DNA from: Vulcanimicrobiota bacterium
GTDB taxonomy: Bacteria; Vulcanimicrobiota; Vulcanimicrobiia; Vulcanimicrobiales; Vulcanimicrobiaceae
Direction of reading: 5' to 3'
NCBI GenBank assembly: GCA_963834485.1
Contig: CAWICD010000001.1
Coordinates: 758,862 to 822,861, forward strand
Length of the DNA stretch: 64,000 bases
Shown one piece after another: positions 1 to 8,470 of the stretch. The notes beneath the pieces are model-generated. The model saw only the letters and a program-made list of their open reading frames with translations, did not search any database and was not told where the DNA came from. The stretch's first letter is position 1; the number at the start of each line of letters is the position of its first letter. Both the position numbers and the translations under genes were made by a program.

Positions 1-204
1 ACGCCAAGGCGATCGCCCCGTAGGCCAGCGGCGCGATGTAGCGGGGGGCAATGACGAAGCCGCCTAGTCCGAACGGCAACCGGCGGGTGCTTTCACCAGG
101 GTTCACACAAGGACTATCGGCGCGAGCGCAGATCGCTTTGAGCCGTTCGGATGGCGGCCGGACGGCCGATACACCCCGCGACGGCGCTCCGCTATGCTGG
201 GCTC

Positions 205-387
205 ATGCTTGCGGCAGCACGTGCCTTACGACGCGCCCGTACCTTTCTCAGCGACGACCGTGCCCAGGGACTCGTAGAGTACGCGCTCGTCGTCGCGACC
301 GTCTCGCTCGTGGCGATCGCCGCAATGAACCTCCTCGGCCGCAAGGCCAACAACACCTTGAGCAATGCCGCCAACAGCCTTAGTTAG
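205..387 (+). CDS. flp: Flp/Fap family type IVb prepilin (copy 1)
   Basis: About 60-aa ORF from ATG 205 (in-frame alternative start at 151). Leader ends ...DDRAQG, followed by LVEYALVVATVSLVAI, which is the Flp G/xxEY prepilin-peptidase motif plus a hydrophobic helix. Confidence 0.75.
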   Translation: MLAAARALRRARTFLSDDRAQGLVEYALVVATVSLVAIAAMNLLGRKANNTLSNAANSLS

Positions 388-408
388 CTCGAACGACCGC
401 CTGCGCGG

Positions 409-430
409 CTCTTTCCGGTACCGGAAAGAG
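409..430 (+). terminator. Perfect palindrome/hairpin just after flp1; possible terminator or attenuator (no U-tract)
   Basis: CTCTTTCCGG-TA-CCGGAAAGAG gives a 10-bp perfect stem 22 nt after the flp1 stop, and flanking GCGC can extend it. No T-run follows. Confidence 0.3.
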
Positions 431-742
431 GCTGCGCGGTCAGACGCCCGCCCGGGGACTCTTGGTGACCGGATCCACCTTGCTAGAGTCTGCTTTTCGG
501 CCGATAGGAATGATAAACGGCTCGCCGCGTCGTGGCGGCGGCCCTGCGTCGAACGGGGAGCCCCAGGTGTTCGATTGCCGCGCCGTTCGGCAACTGAAAA
601 GCTGCGGCACCGTCCGCTGTCCACGGAAGCTCGCCGAACCGAAGATCGAGGAAAGATGCTGCAAACGAAAGCACCGCTAGGTATGGCAAACCTCGCTCTC
701 GCTATCCGGGCCCGCAACCCGGGTGGGCTCGCGCAGAAGGCG

Positions 743-907
743 ATGGTGGCCGCCGTCCGCCGGCTCTTGGCCGACGAGAGCGGCCAGGGGATCGTCGAAT
801 ACACGCTCTTGCTCACGTTCACCGCGCTGATCTGTTTCGTCGGTCTTCACTACCTGGGCGGCAAGACCAACAACACGCTCCTGAACGCGGCCAACAACCT
901 CTCGTAA
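743..907 (+). CDS. flp: Flp/Fap family type IVb prepilin (copy 2)
   Basis: C-terminal part of ORF 365..907: MVAAVRRLLADESGQG|IVEYTLLLTFTALICF...NNLS. It has the same G/xxEY motif and the same C-terminal NNTL(S/L)NAAN(S/N)LS tail as copy 1. Alternative ATG starts at 656 and 683. Confidence 0.75.
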   Translation: MVAAVRRLLADESGQGIVEYTLLLTFTALICFVGLHYLGGKTNNTLLNAANNLS

Positions 908-992
908 CAGCCTCGGCGCCCCGCTGGGCGGGCCTTGTCGTCGCGAGCCTCCGTCGTGACCGGGGAGCGACCACACGCCTGAGGGGGACGAG

Positions 993-1739
993 ATGAACCC
1001 ACTTTCCGGAATCCGCTACGCCGCGCAGATCGCCGCCGCGGCGGAAAGCCACGGAATCGATCCGCGTCTCCTGGCCGCCGTCGCCGCGCAGGAGACGGGC
1101 GGGCCGGGAAGCAGTTCCGGCGCCAACATCGTCGGGGACGGCGGCCACGGCCACGGCCTCTTTCAGATCGACGATCGCTACCACGCCTTCGCCGGCACGC
1201 CCCAGGCGATGGACCCCGCCCAAAACGCGAACTATGCGGCCGGCCTCCTCTCGGGGCTGATCTCCCGGTACAAGGGCGACGTCAAGGCGGCGCTTTCCGC
1301 CTATAACTCGGGCTCGCCGGCGGCGGCCGGCACGATCACGACCTGGGGCGACGGCAGCCGCTTGGGCTACGCCGACTCGGTCTTGCGCCACGAGGCGATG
1401 CTCGAGGGAGGCAGCGGCTCGCTAGCCGCCGAGAATCCGGAGACCGTCTCCGGCGTCAACGCGCTTTCGGATTACGCCGCCGCCTCCGGCGCGGCTCCCG
1501 CGCCGGCTCTTCCTGGCGCATCTTCGAGCGCGCAAGCCGCGAGCACGCAGGCCTCGAGCGCCTGCGCAGCTCAAGCGCCGGCACCGCAAGTCCCCCAGTG
1601 GACGGCCCCGCAATGGCAGTTCCTCTCGTTCCAGAGCGAACTGCAAGCCGGCGGAGGCGCGATGGCCGCCAGGGACGATGCGGCGATGGCGAGCCTCGTC
1701 GACCCCATGTCCGGCGACGGCAGCGATCGGGACGGCTAG
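993..1739 (+). CDS. Lytic transglycosylase (SLT) domain protein with low-complexity C-terminal half
   Basis: Carries the SLT signature AAQETGG (catalytic Glu), GLFQID and AYNSG. The C-terminal half is Ala/Ser/Gln/Pro-rich. Confidence 0.8.
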   Translation: MNPLSGIRYAAQIAAAAESHGIDPRLLAAVAAQETGGPGSSSGANIVGDGGHGHGLFQIDDRYHAFAGTPQAMDPAQNANYAAGLLSGLISRYKGDVKAALSAYNSGSPAAAGTITTWGDGSRLGYADSVLRHEAMLEGGSGSLAAENPETVSGVNALSDYAAASGAAPAPALPGASSSAQAASTQASSACAAQAPAPQVPQWTAPQWQFLSFQSELQAGGGAMAARDDAAMASLVDPMSGDGSDRDG

Positions 1740-1802
1740 CGGAGCGCCCCTCGCGCGTGATGGAAGCGCGACGATCTTCGACACGCAAGGGAGAACCGCA
1801 CG

Positions 1803-2186
1803 ATGAACCTGTTGAATACGATCGCCGGCGCTGCTGCCGGACTCTTGACGACCGGCAACCCGGTCGGCGCCATCGCGGGCGGCGTCCAGGGCGCGCTCGC
1901 CGGAGGCGGTCCGAGCAACGCCGGCAACATCCAGCCGAGCACGGACGGCACGCTCGCCGCGCAGCAGACGCTCGACGAAGGCTACGAGTGGGCGCAGCTC
2001 GGCCTCAACGCCGAGAACATGCGCCACAACCTGGCAATGGAGCTGCAGTCGACGATGTTCAACGAGGCCGAAGACGAGAAGAGCGAGCAGCTCCGCGAGA
2101 TGAACACCTTGCGCGACGTCGCCATGAAGCAGCGCGAGGCGGACATCGGGATCCTCAAAGAGTTCATCAAGACCGTCAAGGACTGA
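1803..2186 (+). CDS. Hypothetical small protein, Gly/Ala-rich N-terminus and coiled-coil C-terminus (paralog A)
   Basis: 127-aa ORF. Its C-terminus (FNEAEDEKSEQLREMNTLRDVAMKQREADIGILKEFIKTV) is clearly paralogous to the next ORF. Confidence 0.55.
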   Translation: MNLLNTIAGAAAGLLTTGNPVGAIAGGVQGALAGGGPSNAGNIQPSTDGTLAAQQTLDEGYEWAQLGLNAENMRHNLAMELQSTMFNEAEDEKSEQLREMNTLRDVAMKQREADIGILKEFIKTVKD

Positions 2187-2189
2187 GCG

Positions 2190-2546
2190 ATGCTTCCGCC
2201 TCTCCAAAGGCCCGCTGCGGGCCCGGCCCTGCCGCCGGGCCCCGCGCCGCCGTCAGGGGCCGCGGCTCCGCCGGCGCCGCCCCTCGACGACACCGCCGAC
2301 GGCCTGCCCGACAGCATCGGGACCTTCGCCGAAGCGATCTCCCGGCGAGCGGCGCTGCTGCTGCTCGCGCAAAAGCAGCTCGAACAAGAGCAGGAGGCGC
2401 GTCTCGCCAAGATGCGCAGCGACTTCAACGCCGCCCAGGAAGAGCGCTCCGAGATGATGCGCGAGGCGAACGCGCTGCGCGACATGGCGATGGAGCAGAT
2501 GAAAAAGGACGACGAGATCCTCAAGAAGTGGATCTCGGCCATCTGA
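2190..2546 (+). CDS. Hypothetical small protein, Pro/Ala-rich N-terminus and coiled-coil C-terminus (paralog B)
   Basis: 118-aa ORF starting 4 nt after paralog A. Its C-terminus (FNAAQEERSEMMREANALRDMAMEQMKKDDEILKKWISAI) aligns with paralog A. Confidence 0.55.
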   Translation: MLPPLQRPAAGPALPPGPAPPSGAAAPPAPPLDDTADGLPDSIGTFAEAISRRAALLLLAQKQLEQEQEARLAKMRSDFNAAQEERSEMMREANALRDMAMEQMKKDDEILKKWISAI

Positions 2547-2630
2547 CGCCGCATCCTGCCGGCCGCCAGGAGGGTGCCCGGCTTTGGATCATGAACAGGC
2601 CTCGGTCGCGGCGGCAGACGCCTCGGGCGC

Positions 2631-2707
2631 GGGCCATTAGCTCAGTTGGTTAGAGCGCATGCTTGATAAGCATGAGGTCCATGGTTCGAATCCATGATGG
2701 CCCACCA
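2631..2707 (+). tRNA. tRNA-Ile (anticodon GAU), CCA encoded
   Basis: Cloverleaf read by hand: acceptor GGGCCAT/ATGGCCC, D-arm GCTC..GAGC, anticodon stem CATGC/GCATG with loop TTGATAA, T-arm CATGG-TTCGAAT-CCATG, then discriminator A and CCA. Confidence 0.95.
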
Positions 2708-2861
2708 AATCAGCGACGGAACCCCTCGTTAACCGCGGGGTTTCTGCATTTCTGCGAGTCGCGCGCGGGCTGGGCGCCGGGCCGGGGGACGGGGACGCCG
2801 CCGTCGGCGGGGTCGGTCGCGCGCGCGGCCGGCTCGCGGCCGGCTGGCGCGGTCGCGCGCG

Positions 2862-2890
2862 TTGACAAGGAGAAGCAGGGCCCCTATGAT
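2862..2890 (+). promoter_or_regulatory. Sigma70-like promoter candidate for the yceD-rpmF-fab operon
   Basis: TTGACA (2862-2867), a 17-nt spacer, then TATGAT (2885-2890), sitting in otherwise very GC-rich DNA about 65 nt before the yceD ATG. Confidence 0.45.
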
Positions 2891-2954
2891 TGTCGGGTTG
2901 TCCCGGAGCCGGAGGTTCCGGGCTGCATATCCTTGGGAATGGACCGCGGGCGGA

Positions 2955-3434
2955 ATGAGGGCTACTCGTGCGAACGTCGACGTCAGCAGCGTCCTGGAAG
3001 CCGGGCGCGAGCTCGAACTTCGCGAAGCGGTCGCCCTTCCCGATTTCGGTTCCTTCCTCTTTCCCGTTCCGGCCGTCGTCGTGCTGCACGCGCGCCGCAA
3101 CGGGCGGGCGCTGGAGCTGAAAGGGAGCATCGCTGTCGAAGCGGCCGGAGAGTGTGCCCGCTGCCTCGACGGAGTTCGGCTCCCGCTGCACCTCGAAGTG
3201 GACGAGCGTCTCGAGCCGGATTCCTCCGGCAAGGCGCTCGGCGACGATCGAAGCGATCCTCTGAGCGAGAGCAACGTGCTCGCCGGCACCGAACTCGACG
3301 TCGCAGATCTGACCCGACAATTGATCGACTCCGCCCTGCCCCTCGTGCTGCTCTGTTCCGAGGAGTGCCGGGGCCTCTGCGCGGGGTGCGGTCAGAAGCG
3401 AGACGGCACGTGCCGCTGCCCGAAACCGGAGTAA
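2955..3434 (+). CDS. yceD: YceD/DUF177 family protein
   Basis: Sits directly upstream of rpmF, the conserved arrangement. Has the C-terminal Cys cluster CSEECRGLCAGCGQKRDGTCRC typical of DUF177. Start taken at ATG 2955 inside ORF 2862..3434. Confidence 0.8.
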   Translation: MRATRANVDVSSVLEAGRELELREAVALPDFGSFLFPVPAVVVLHARRNGRALELKGSIAVEAAGECARCLDGVRLPLHLEVDERLEPDSSGKALGDDRSDPLSESNVLAGTELDVADLTRQLIDSALPLVLLCSEECRGLCAGCGQKRDGTCRCPKPE

Positions 3435-3437
3435 AGA

Positions 3438-3644
3438 ATGGCTAACCTCAAATGGAAGACCCCGCGCTCGAAAACGCGTAGCCGGCGGGCGGCGAACTGG
3501 AAGCTCAGTCCCGTCACGGCAGTCGAGTGCCCGCAGTGTCATCAACCGCGCCGTCCGCACTTCGTCTGCCGCTTCTGCGGCTTTTACGACGGCCGCAAGG
3601 TGATCGAGCCGAAGGACGAGCACGCTGGCCATTCCCACGCGTAA
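3438..3644 (+). CDS. rpmF: 50S ribosomal protein L32
   Basis: MANLKWKTPRSKTRSRRA... with the CPQC...CRFCG zinc ribbon. Confidence 0.95.
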   Translation: MANLKWKTPRSKTRSRRAANWKLSPVTAVECPQCHQPRRPHFVCRFCGFYDGRKVIEPKDEHAGHSHA

Positions 3645-3708
3645 CGGCTCGGCACGGTCGTACGGCGCCCGCATCGCGGGCGTCGGCCATTACGTTCCCG
3701 AACGGATC

Positions 3709-4647
3709 GTGACGAACGCCGACTTCGAGAAGCGGCTCGACACGTCGGACGAGTGGATCGTGACGCGGACCGGCATGAAAGAGCGCCGCTACGCATCGGT
3801 CGAACAGGCCACGAGCGATCTGGCGACGGAGGCGGCGCGGCACGCGCTGATGCACGCCGGCCTCAAGGCGACTTCGATCGATTGCTGGATCGTCGCCAGC
3901 GTCACGCCCGACTACCACTTTCCGGCGACGGCCTGCATCGTCTCCGCAAGCCTGGGGGCCGCCGGCAAAGCGGCCTTCGACATGGAGATCGCCTGCAGCG
4001 GCTTCATCTACGGCCTGCCGCTGGCGGCCAGCCTGATCCGCTCCGGCGTCTTCCGGCGCGTGATGGTGATCGGCGTGGAGACGCTCTCGCGGATCCTCAA
4101 CCAAAACGACCGTAACACGGTGATCCTCTTCGGAGACGGTGCCGGCGCTGCGGTCGTCGAGCGGACGGCTCGCGCCGAGGACTCGTTCCTGAGCTGCTCG
4201 CTGGGGAGCGACGGCACCAATCCCGAGCTGCTCTACCAGCCCGCCGGCGGCTCGCGCGAGCCGCTGACCGCCGAGGGGCTCGAGCAGCAGCGCGACAAGG
4301 TCGTCATGGCGGGCCGCGAGATCTACAAATGCGCCGTCAACAAGATGGTCGAAACGTCGCGCAGCGCGCTGGCGCAAGCCCACCTGTCGGTCGGCGACGT
4401 CTCCTGGCTGATCCCGCACCAAGCCAACTTGCGGATCATCGAGGCCGCCGCCAAGCGCCTGCGCATCGAGCGCGAGCGTATCGTCGTCAACATCGACCGC
4501 TACGGGAACACCTCGTCGGCTTCGATCCCGATCGCGCTCTCGGAGACGATCGAGCGCGGCGTCCTGCGCGACGGTGACGTGCTGTTGTTCACGGGATTCG
4601 GCGGCGGCCTGTCGTGGGGCTCGGTCGCCTGGCGCTGGCGCGATTGA
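3709..4647 (+). CDS. fabH: 3-oxoacyl-ACP synthase III (FabH)
   Basis: Strong FabH similarity (TSDEWIVTRTGM, active-site ACSGF, HQANLRI, GNTSSASIP). 3709 is the first canonical start (GTG). The conserved N-terminus ARIAGVGHYVPERIV is encoded in-frame upstream, so the real start is probably near 3625 (see findings). Confidence 0.9.
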   Translation: MTNADFEKRLDTSDEWIVTRTGMKERRYASVEQATSDLATEAARHALMHAGLKATSIDCWIVASVTPDYHFPATACIVSASLGAAGKAAFDMEIACSGFIYGLPLAASLIRSGVFRRVMVIGVETLSRILNQNDRNTVILFGDGAGAAVVERTARAEDSFLSCSLGSDGTNPELLYQPAGGSREPLTAEGLEQQRDKVVMAGREIYKCAVNKMVETSRSALAQAHLSVGDVSWLIPHQANLRIIEAAAKRLRIERERIVVNIDRYGNTSSASIPIALSETIERGVLRDGDVLLFTGFGGGLSWGSVAWRWRD

Positions 4648-4793
4648 TGAGGGTAGGCGTCGTTTTCCCCGGGCAGGGATCGCAAGCGGTCGGCAGTGCG
4701 AGCTGGAGGCGAGCCTTTGCCGCCCCGCACATGGATGTGCGGGGATGAGGGTAGGCGTCGTTTTCCCCGGGCAGGGATCGCAAGCGGTCGGCA
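4646..4793 (+). repeat. 50-bp perfect direct repeat (4646-4695 and 4744-4793) duplicating the fabH-stop/fabD-start junction, separated by a 48-bp insert
   Basis: GATGAGGGTAGGCGTCGTTTTCCCCGGGCAGGGATCGCAAGCGGTCGGCA occurs twice. The insert contains the hairpin CCGCACAT-GG-ATGTGCGG. Confidence 0.9.
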
Positions 4794-5692
4794 TGGGCGG
4801 GGCGATCGCGGAGCAGGCGGCGCGCGCGGCGGAGCTGTTCGAGCGGGCCGAGCGCGTGCTCGGCTACGACCTGCTCGCCCTCGTCCGCGAGGGTCCCGAA
4901 GAACGCCTGCGCGAGACGCGGTACAGCCAGCCGGCGATCTACGTGGTCAACTATGCGCTGGCCGCGGCGGCCGGCGACGCGCTGCGCCCGGTCGTCAGCG
5001 CAGGGCACTCCTTCGGGGAGTTCTGCAGCCTGACGCTGGCGGAGGCGCTCGGCTTCGAAGAAGCTCTCGCGCTGGTCGAGCAGCGCGGGCTCGCCATGCA
5101 GGAAGCCGCCGAGCGGGCCCCGGGCGCGATGGCCGCGATCCTCGGGCTCGACGTCGCGGCGATCCGCGAAGCGGTCGCCGAGGGGCGCGCCTTCGGCCGC
5201 GTCAACTTGGCGAACTTCAACGCGCCGGCCCAGATCGTGATCAGCGGCGACCGCGACGCGGTCGCCCGCGCCGGCGAGCTGGCGCTTGCGAAGGGTGCCA
5301 AACGGGTCGTGCCGCTCAACGTCTCGGGCGCCTGGCACAGCGAGCTGATGGCACCGGCTCGCGAGCGCTTCGCCCCTTACGTCGAGCGGGCACAGGTTGC
5401 GGAGCCGCGCTTCGTCGTCGTCTCGAACGTCGACGCACAGCCCTACCGCGACCTGGCCGCGATCAAAGAGAATCTGATCCGCTCGGTTACCGACGAAGTG
5501 CTCTGGCACGCGACGGCCGAACGGTTCCTGGCGGAGCGGCCGGAGCTGATCGTCGAGTTCGGCGGATCGCCCGTGCTGGCACCGCTGTTCAAGCGCATGC
5601 CGGGCGCACCCAAGACGCTGCACGTCGGCGACGAGGGCGGCGTCGCCAAGCTTCGCGAGCTGCTCTCGGGGGCGGCGGTCGGGAAGGGATGA
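4745..5692 (+). CDS. fabD: Malonyl-CoA:ACP transacylase (FabD)
   Basis: MRVGVVFPGQGSQAVGMG..., the GHSFGE nucleophile elbow, and typical length. Start taken at the ATG of the second repeat copy, which is the in-frame one. Confidence 0.9.
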   Translation: MRVGVVFPGQGSQAVGMGGAIAEQAARAAELFERAERVLGYDLLALVREGPEERLRETRYSQPAIYVVNYALAAAAGDALRPVVSAGHSFGEFCSLTLAEALGFEEALALVEQRGLAMQEAAERAPGAMAAILGLDVAAIREAVAEGRAFGRVNLANFNAPAQIVISGDRDAVARAGELALAKGAKRVVPLNVSGAWHSELMAPARERFAPYVERAQVAEPRFVVVSNVDAQPYRDLAAIKENLIRSVTDEVLWHATAERFLAERPELIVEFGGSPVLAPLFKRMPGAPKTLHVGDEGGVAKLRELLSGAAVGKG

Positions 5693-6435
5693 TGTTCGAA
5701 GGGAAAGTCGCCATCGTGACCGGCGCAAGCCGCGGTATCGGCCGCGCCATCGCGGTCGACTTGGCGAAGAACGGCGCGGACCTGGCACTGGTCGGGCGCC
5801 ACGCGGAGACCCTGGCCCAGACCGCGGAGGCGGCCCGCGCCGTCCGGGCGAGCGTCCAGGTCGAGGCGCTGGTCGCCGACGTCGCGGATCCGGGGGCCGT
5901 CGGCGGGGCGGTCGCGGCGACGCTCGGCCGGTTCGGGCGGATCGACTTCGCCGTCTCGAACGCGGGGCAGGCCCTCGACGGCCTCATCGTACGAACCAAG
6001 CGCGAGGACGTCGAGACGATGCTCGCGGTCAACCTCAAACCCGCCTTCGCGCTCGTTTCGGCGGTCGCGCGGCCGATGATGAAGCAGCGGGGCGGCTCGA
6101 TCGTGCTCATTTCGAGCATTGTCGGGCTCAGCGGGAACGCCGGCCAGGCGGCGTACTCAGCCGCGAAAGCGGGTCTCCTCGGCCTGGCCAAGTCGGTAGC
6201 GAAGGAATTGGGCTCGCGGAACGTAAGAGTCAACGCCGTCGCGCCGGGTCTGATCGAGACCTCCATGACGGAATCCATGTCGGGTGAGGCGCGCGACCAT
6301 TTTCTCGCAACGATCCCTCTCGGACGTTCGGGGACGCCGGAAGATGTCAGTGGGGTCGTCACCTTTTTATGCTCGGATGCCGCGCGGTACGTGACCGGTC
6401 AAACGATTGTGGTCGACGGCGGCTTCCTGATGTGA
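5689..6435 (+). CDS. fabG: 3-oxoacyl-ACP reductase (FabG), SDR family
   Basis: VAIVTGASRGIGRAIA (TGxxxGxG) and YSAAKAG (YxxxK). The ATG overlaps the fabD stop (ATGA). Confidence 0.9.
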   Translation: MMFEGKVAIVTGASRGIGRAIAVDLAKNGADLALVGRHAETLAQTAEAARAVRASVQVEALVADVADPGAVGGAVAATLGRFGRIDFAVSNAGQALDGLIVRTKREDVETMLAVNLKPAFALVSAVARPMMKQRGGSIVLISSIVGLSGNAGQAAYSAAKAGLLGLAKSVAKELGSRNVRVNAVAPGLIETSMTESMSGEARDHFLATIPLGRSGTPEDVSGVVTFLCSDAARYVTGQTIVVDGGFLM

Positions 6436-6449
6436 CGGACTAGGAGACC

Positions 6450-6704
6450 ATGGCGGATACGACTTCGGTGACCTTCGAGAAGGTCAAAAAAATCATCGTC
6501 GATCAACTCGGCGTCGACGAGGCGGAGGTGACGATGGAAGCGTCGATCACCGACGATCTCGGGGCGGACTCGCTCGACCAAGTCGAGCTGGTCATGTCCT
6601 TCGAGTCCGAGTTCAACATCGACATCCCCGACGAAGAGGCGGAGAAGATCAAGACGGTCGGCGACGCGGTCCGGAAGATCGAAGAAACCGCTCCGAAGGC
6701 TTAA
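6450..6704 (+). CDS. acpP: Acyl carrier protein
   Basis: 84 aa with the [12 protein letters not shown] phosphopantetheine-attachment motif. Confidence 0.95.
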   Translation: MADTTSVTFEKVKKIIVDQLGVDEAEVTMEASITDDLGADSLDQVELVMSFESEFNIDIPDEEAEKIKTVGDAVRKIEETAPKA

Positions 6705-6819
6705 ACATCGAACACGTAGCGTTGCAGGTTCGCTTTACGACGTCTCGAGGAACACGAGCTCGCGCCGGGTCCCCCTGCGAGGGGGCGGGGTCGCGCCCGG
6801 CGCCGGCGGGGGGACGGCG

Positions 6820-8154
6820 ATGCTAGAAGCGCTCGGCGAACGTCTTGCGGCGATCTTCCAGCGGCTGAGCAGCCGCGGGCGCCTGACGGAGTCCGACGTC
6901 AACGAGGTCGCGCGCGAAGTCCGCATCGCGCTGCTCGAAGCCGACGTCAATCTTTCGGTCGCCAAAGACTTCGTCGCCAAGGTGAAGGAGAGGGCCGTCG
7001 GCGCCGACGTGCTGGCGTCGCTGACGCCGGCGCAGTCCGTCGTGAAGATCGTCTACGACGAGCTCGTGGCGCTGATGGGCGGCGCGATGCAGCGCCTGCA
7101 GTTCTCCGATGCGCCGCCGACCGTGTTCATGCTGGTCGGCTTGCAGGGCTCGGGGAAGACGACGCATGCGGGCAAGCTCGCCTTGCGCCTCAAGGAGCAA
7201 GGCCGCCGTTCGCTGTTGGTCGCCGCCGACGTCTACCGCCCCGCGGCGATCGATCAGCTGCAAACGCTGGGCAAGCAGATCGACCTGCCCGTCTACCGCG
7301 AGGATTCCAGGGATCCGCTGGCGATCGCCCGGCACGGCGTCGCCGAGGCCAAACGGCTGGGCATCCCGACCGTCATCATCGACACGGCCGGGCGCTTGCA
7401 GATCGACGAAGAGCTCATGCGCGAGCTGGAGCGGATCAAAGCTGCGACCGGCCCCAAGGAAATCCTCTTCGTCGCCGACGCGATGACAGGCCAGGAGGCG
7501 ACCAACGTCGCCAAGGTCTTCAACGATCGCTTGGGGATCACGGGCGTGATCCTCACGAAGATGGACGGCGACGCGCGAGGCGGCGCGGCGCTCTCGATCT
7601 ACGCGATCACCGGCGCGGCGATCAAGTTCGTCGGCGTCGGCGAGAAGCTGCCGGCGCTGGAGGCGTTTCACCCGGACCGGCTCGCTTCGCGCATCCTGGG
7701 GATGGGCGACGTCCTCTCGCTCATCGAGAAGACGCAGAGCGTCTACTCGGTCGAGCAGGCCAAAGAGCTCGAGGCGAAGTTCCTCAAGAACCAGTTCACG
7801 CTCGACGACTTCCTCGACCAGCTCCGCCAGGTGCGCAAGATGGGGCCGATGACCGAGCTGGTGAAGATGATCCCCGGCCTCTCCAAAGCGCTTCCCAAAG
7901 AGTTCGAGATCGACGAGAAAGACGTCTCGCGAGTCGAGGCGATCATCTGCTCGATGACGATGCAGGAGCGCCGCCGCCCCGATATTCTCAACGCCTCGCG
8001 CCGCCGGCGCATCGCGAGCGGAAGCGGCACGCAGGTCGCCGACATCAACCGGCTCGTCAAACAGTTCGAACAGTCTCGCCAGCTGATGAAACAGCTGGGG
8101 GGAAAGCGGCCGAAACTTCCCCCCGCGTTCATGCGCGGCGGCCCGAATTCATAG
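6820..8154 (+). CDS. ffh: Signal recognition particle protein Ffh
   Basis: [10 protein letters not shown]-loop, [19 protein letters not shown], and a Met-rich M domain. Confidence 0.95.
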   Translation: MLEALGERLAAIFQRLSSRGRLTESDVNEVAREVRIALLEADVNLSVAKDFVAKVKERAVGADVLASLTPAQSVVKIVYDELVALMGGAMQRLQFSDAPPTVFMLVGLQGSGKTTHAGKLALRLKEQGRRSLLVAADVYRPAAIDQLQTLGKQIDLPVYREDSRDPLAIARHGVAEAKRLGIPTVIIDTAGRLQIDEELMRELERIKAATGPKEILFVADAMTGQEATNVAKVFNDRLGITGVILTKMDGDARGGAALSIYAITGAAIKFVGVGEKLPALEAFHPDRLASRILGMGDVLSLIEKTQSVYSVEQAKELEAKFLKNQFTLDDFLDQLRQVRKMGPMTELVKMIPGLSKALPKEFEIDEKDVSRVEAIICSMTMQERRRPDILNASRRRRIASGSGTQVADINRLVKQFEQSRQLMKQLGGKRPKLPPAFMRGGPNS

Positions 8155-8173
8155 CGAAAGAGACACTACGTTC

Positions 8174-8467
8174 ATGGTAAAGATCCGTCTGCGCCGCGTG
8201 GGCGCAAAAAAACAACCGACCTACCGTTTCGTCGTCAGCGACGCGAGTTCGCCGCGCGACGGCCGCTTCATCGAGATCCTCGGCCATTACAATCCGCGCA
8301 CCGAGCCGAAGACCGTCGTCGTCGACGAGGAGAAGGTGAAGGCGTGGCTGGCCAAGGGCGCGCAGCCCTCCGATCCCGTCCGGCGCCTGCTGGCCGAAAA
8401 GGGTTTGGTCGAGCGCGGCCCCATTCCCGAGAGCAAGCGCAAGCCCAAGTCCGAAAAGGCGAGCTGA
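8174..8467 (+). CDS. rpsP: 30S ribosomal protein S16
   Basis: [21 protein letters not shown].... Confidence 0.95.
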   Translation: MVKIRLRRVGAKKQPTYRFVVSDASSPRDGRFIEILGHYNPRTEPKTVVVDEEKVKAWLAKGAQPSDPVRRLLAEKGLVERGPIPESKRKPKSEKAS

Positions 8468-8470
8468 TCG

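Noticed and set aside
1-79. Partial minus-strand ORF at the left edge (TTG 79; LPFGLGGFVIAPRYIAPLAYGAIALA...), possibly the start of a membrane protein.
   Set aside because: Only about 26 codons are visible, with no motif, so it cannot be supported.
2547-2954. Integrated element or genomic island next to tRNA-Ile (and likewise next to tRNA-Ser at 37858-37948).
   Set aside because: No integrase, no direct repeat of the tRNA 3' end, and the flanking genes are ordinary. The Flp/SLT block may be accessory, but there is no boundary evidence.
4646-4793. Possible CRISPR-like or tandem-repeat array at the fabH/fabD junction.
   Set aside because: There are only two copies, the repeat is the coding start of fabD itself, and no further units or cas genes are present. 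It was reported as a duplication instead.
6705-6819. Missing fabF/plsX in the fab cluster and missing trmD-rplS after rimM, considered as possible rearrangement scars.
   Set aside because: No remnants or repeats are visible at the junctions. Operon composition varies among phyla, so this is treated as normal variation.
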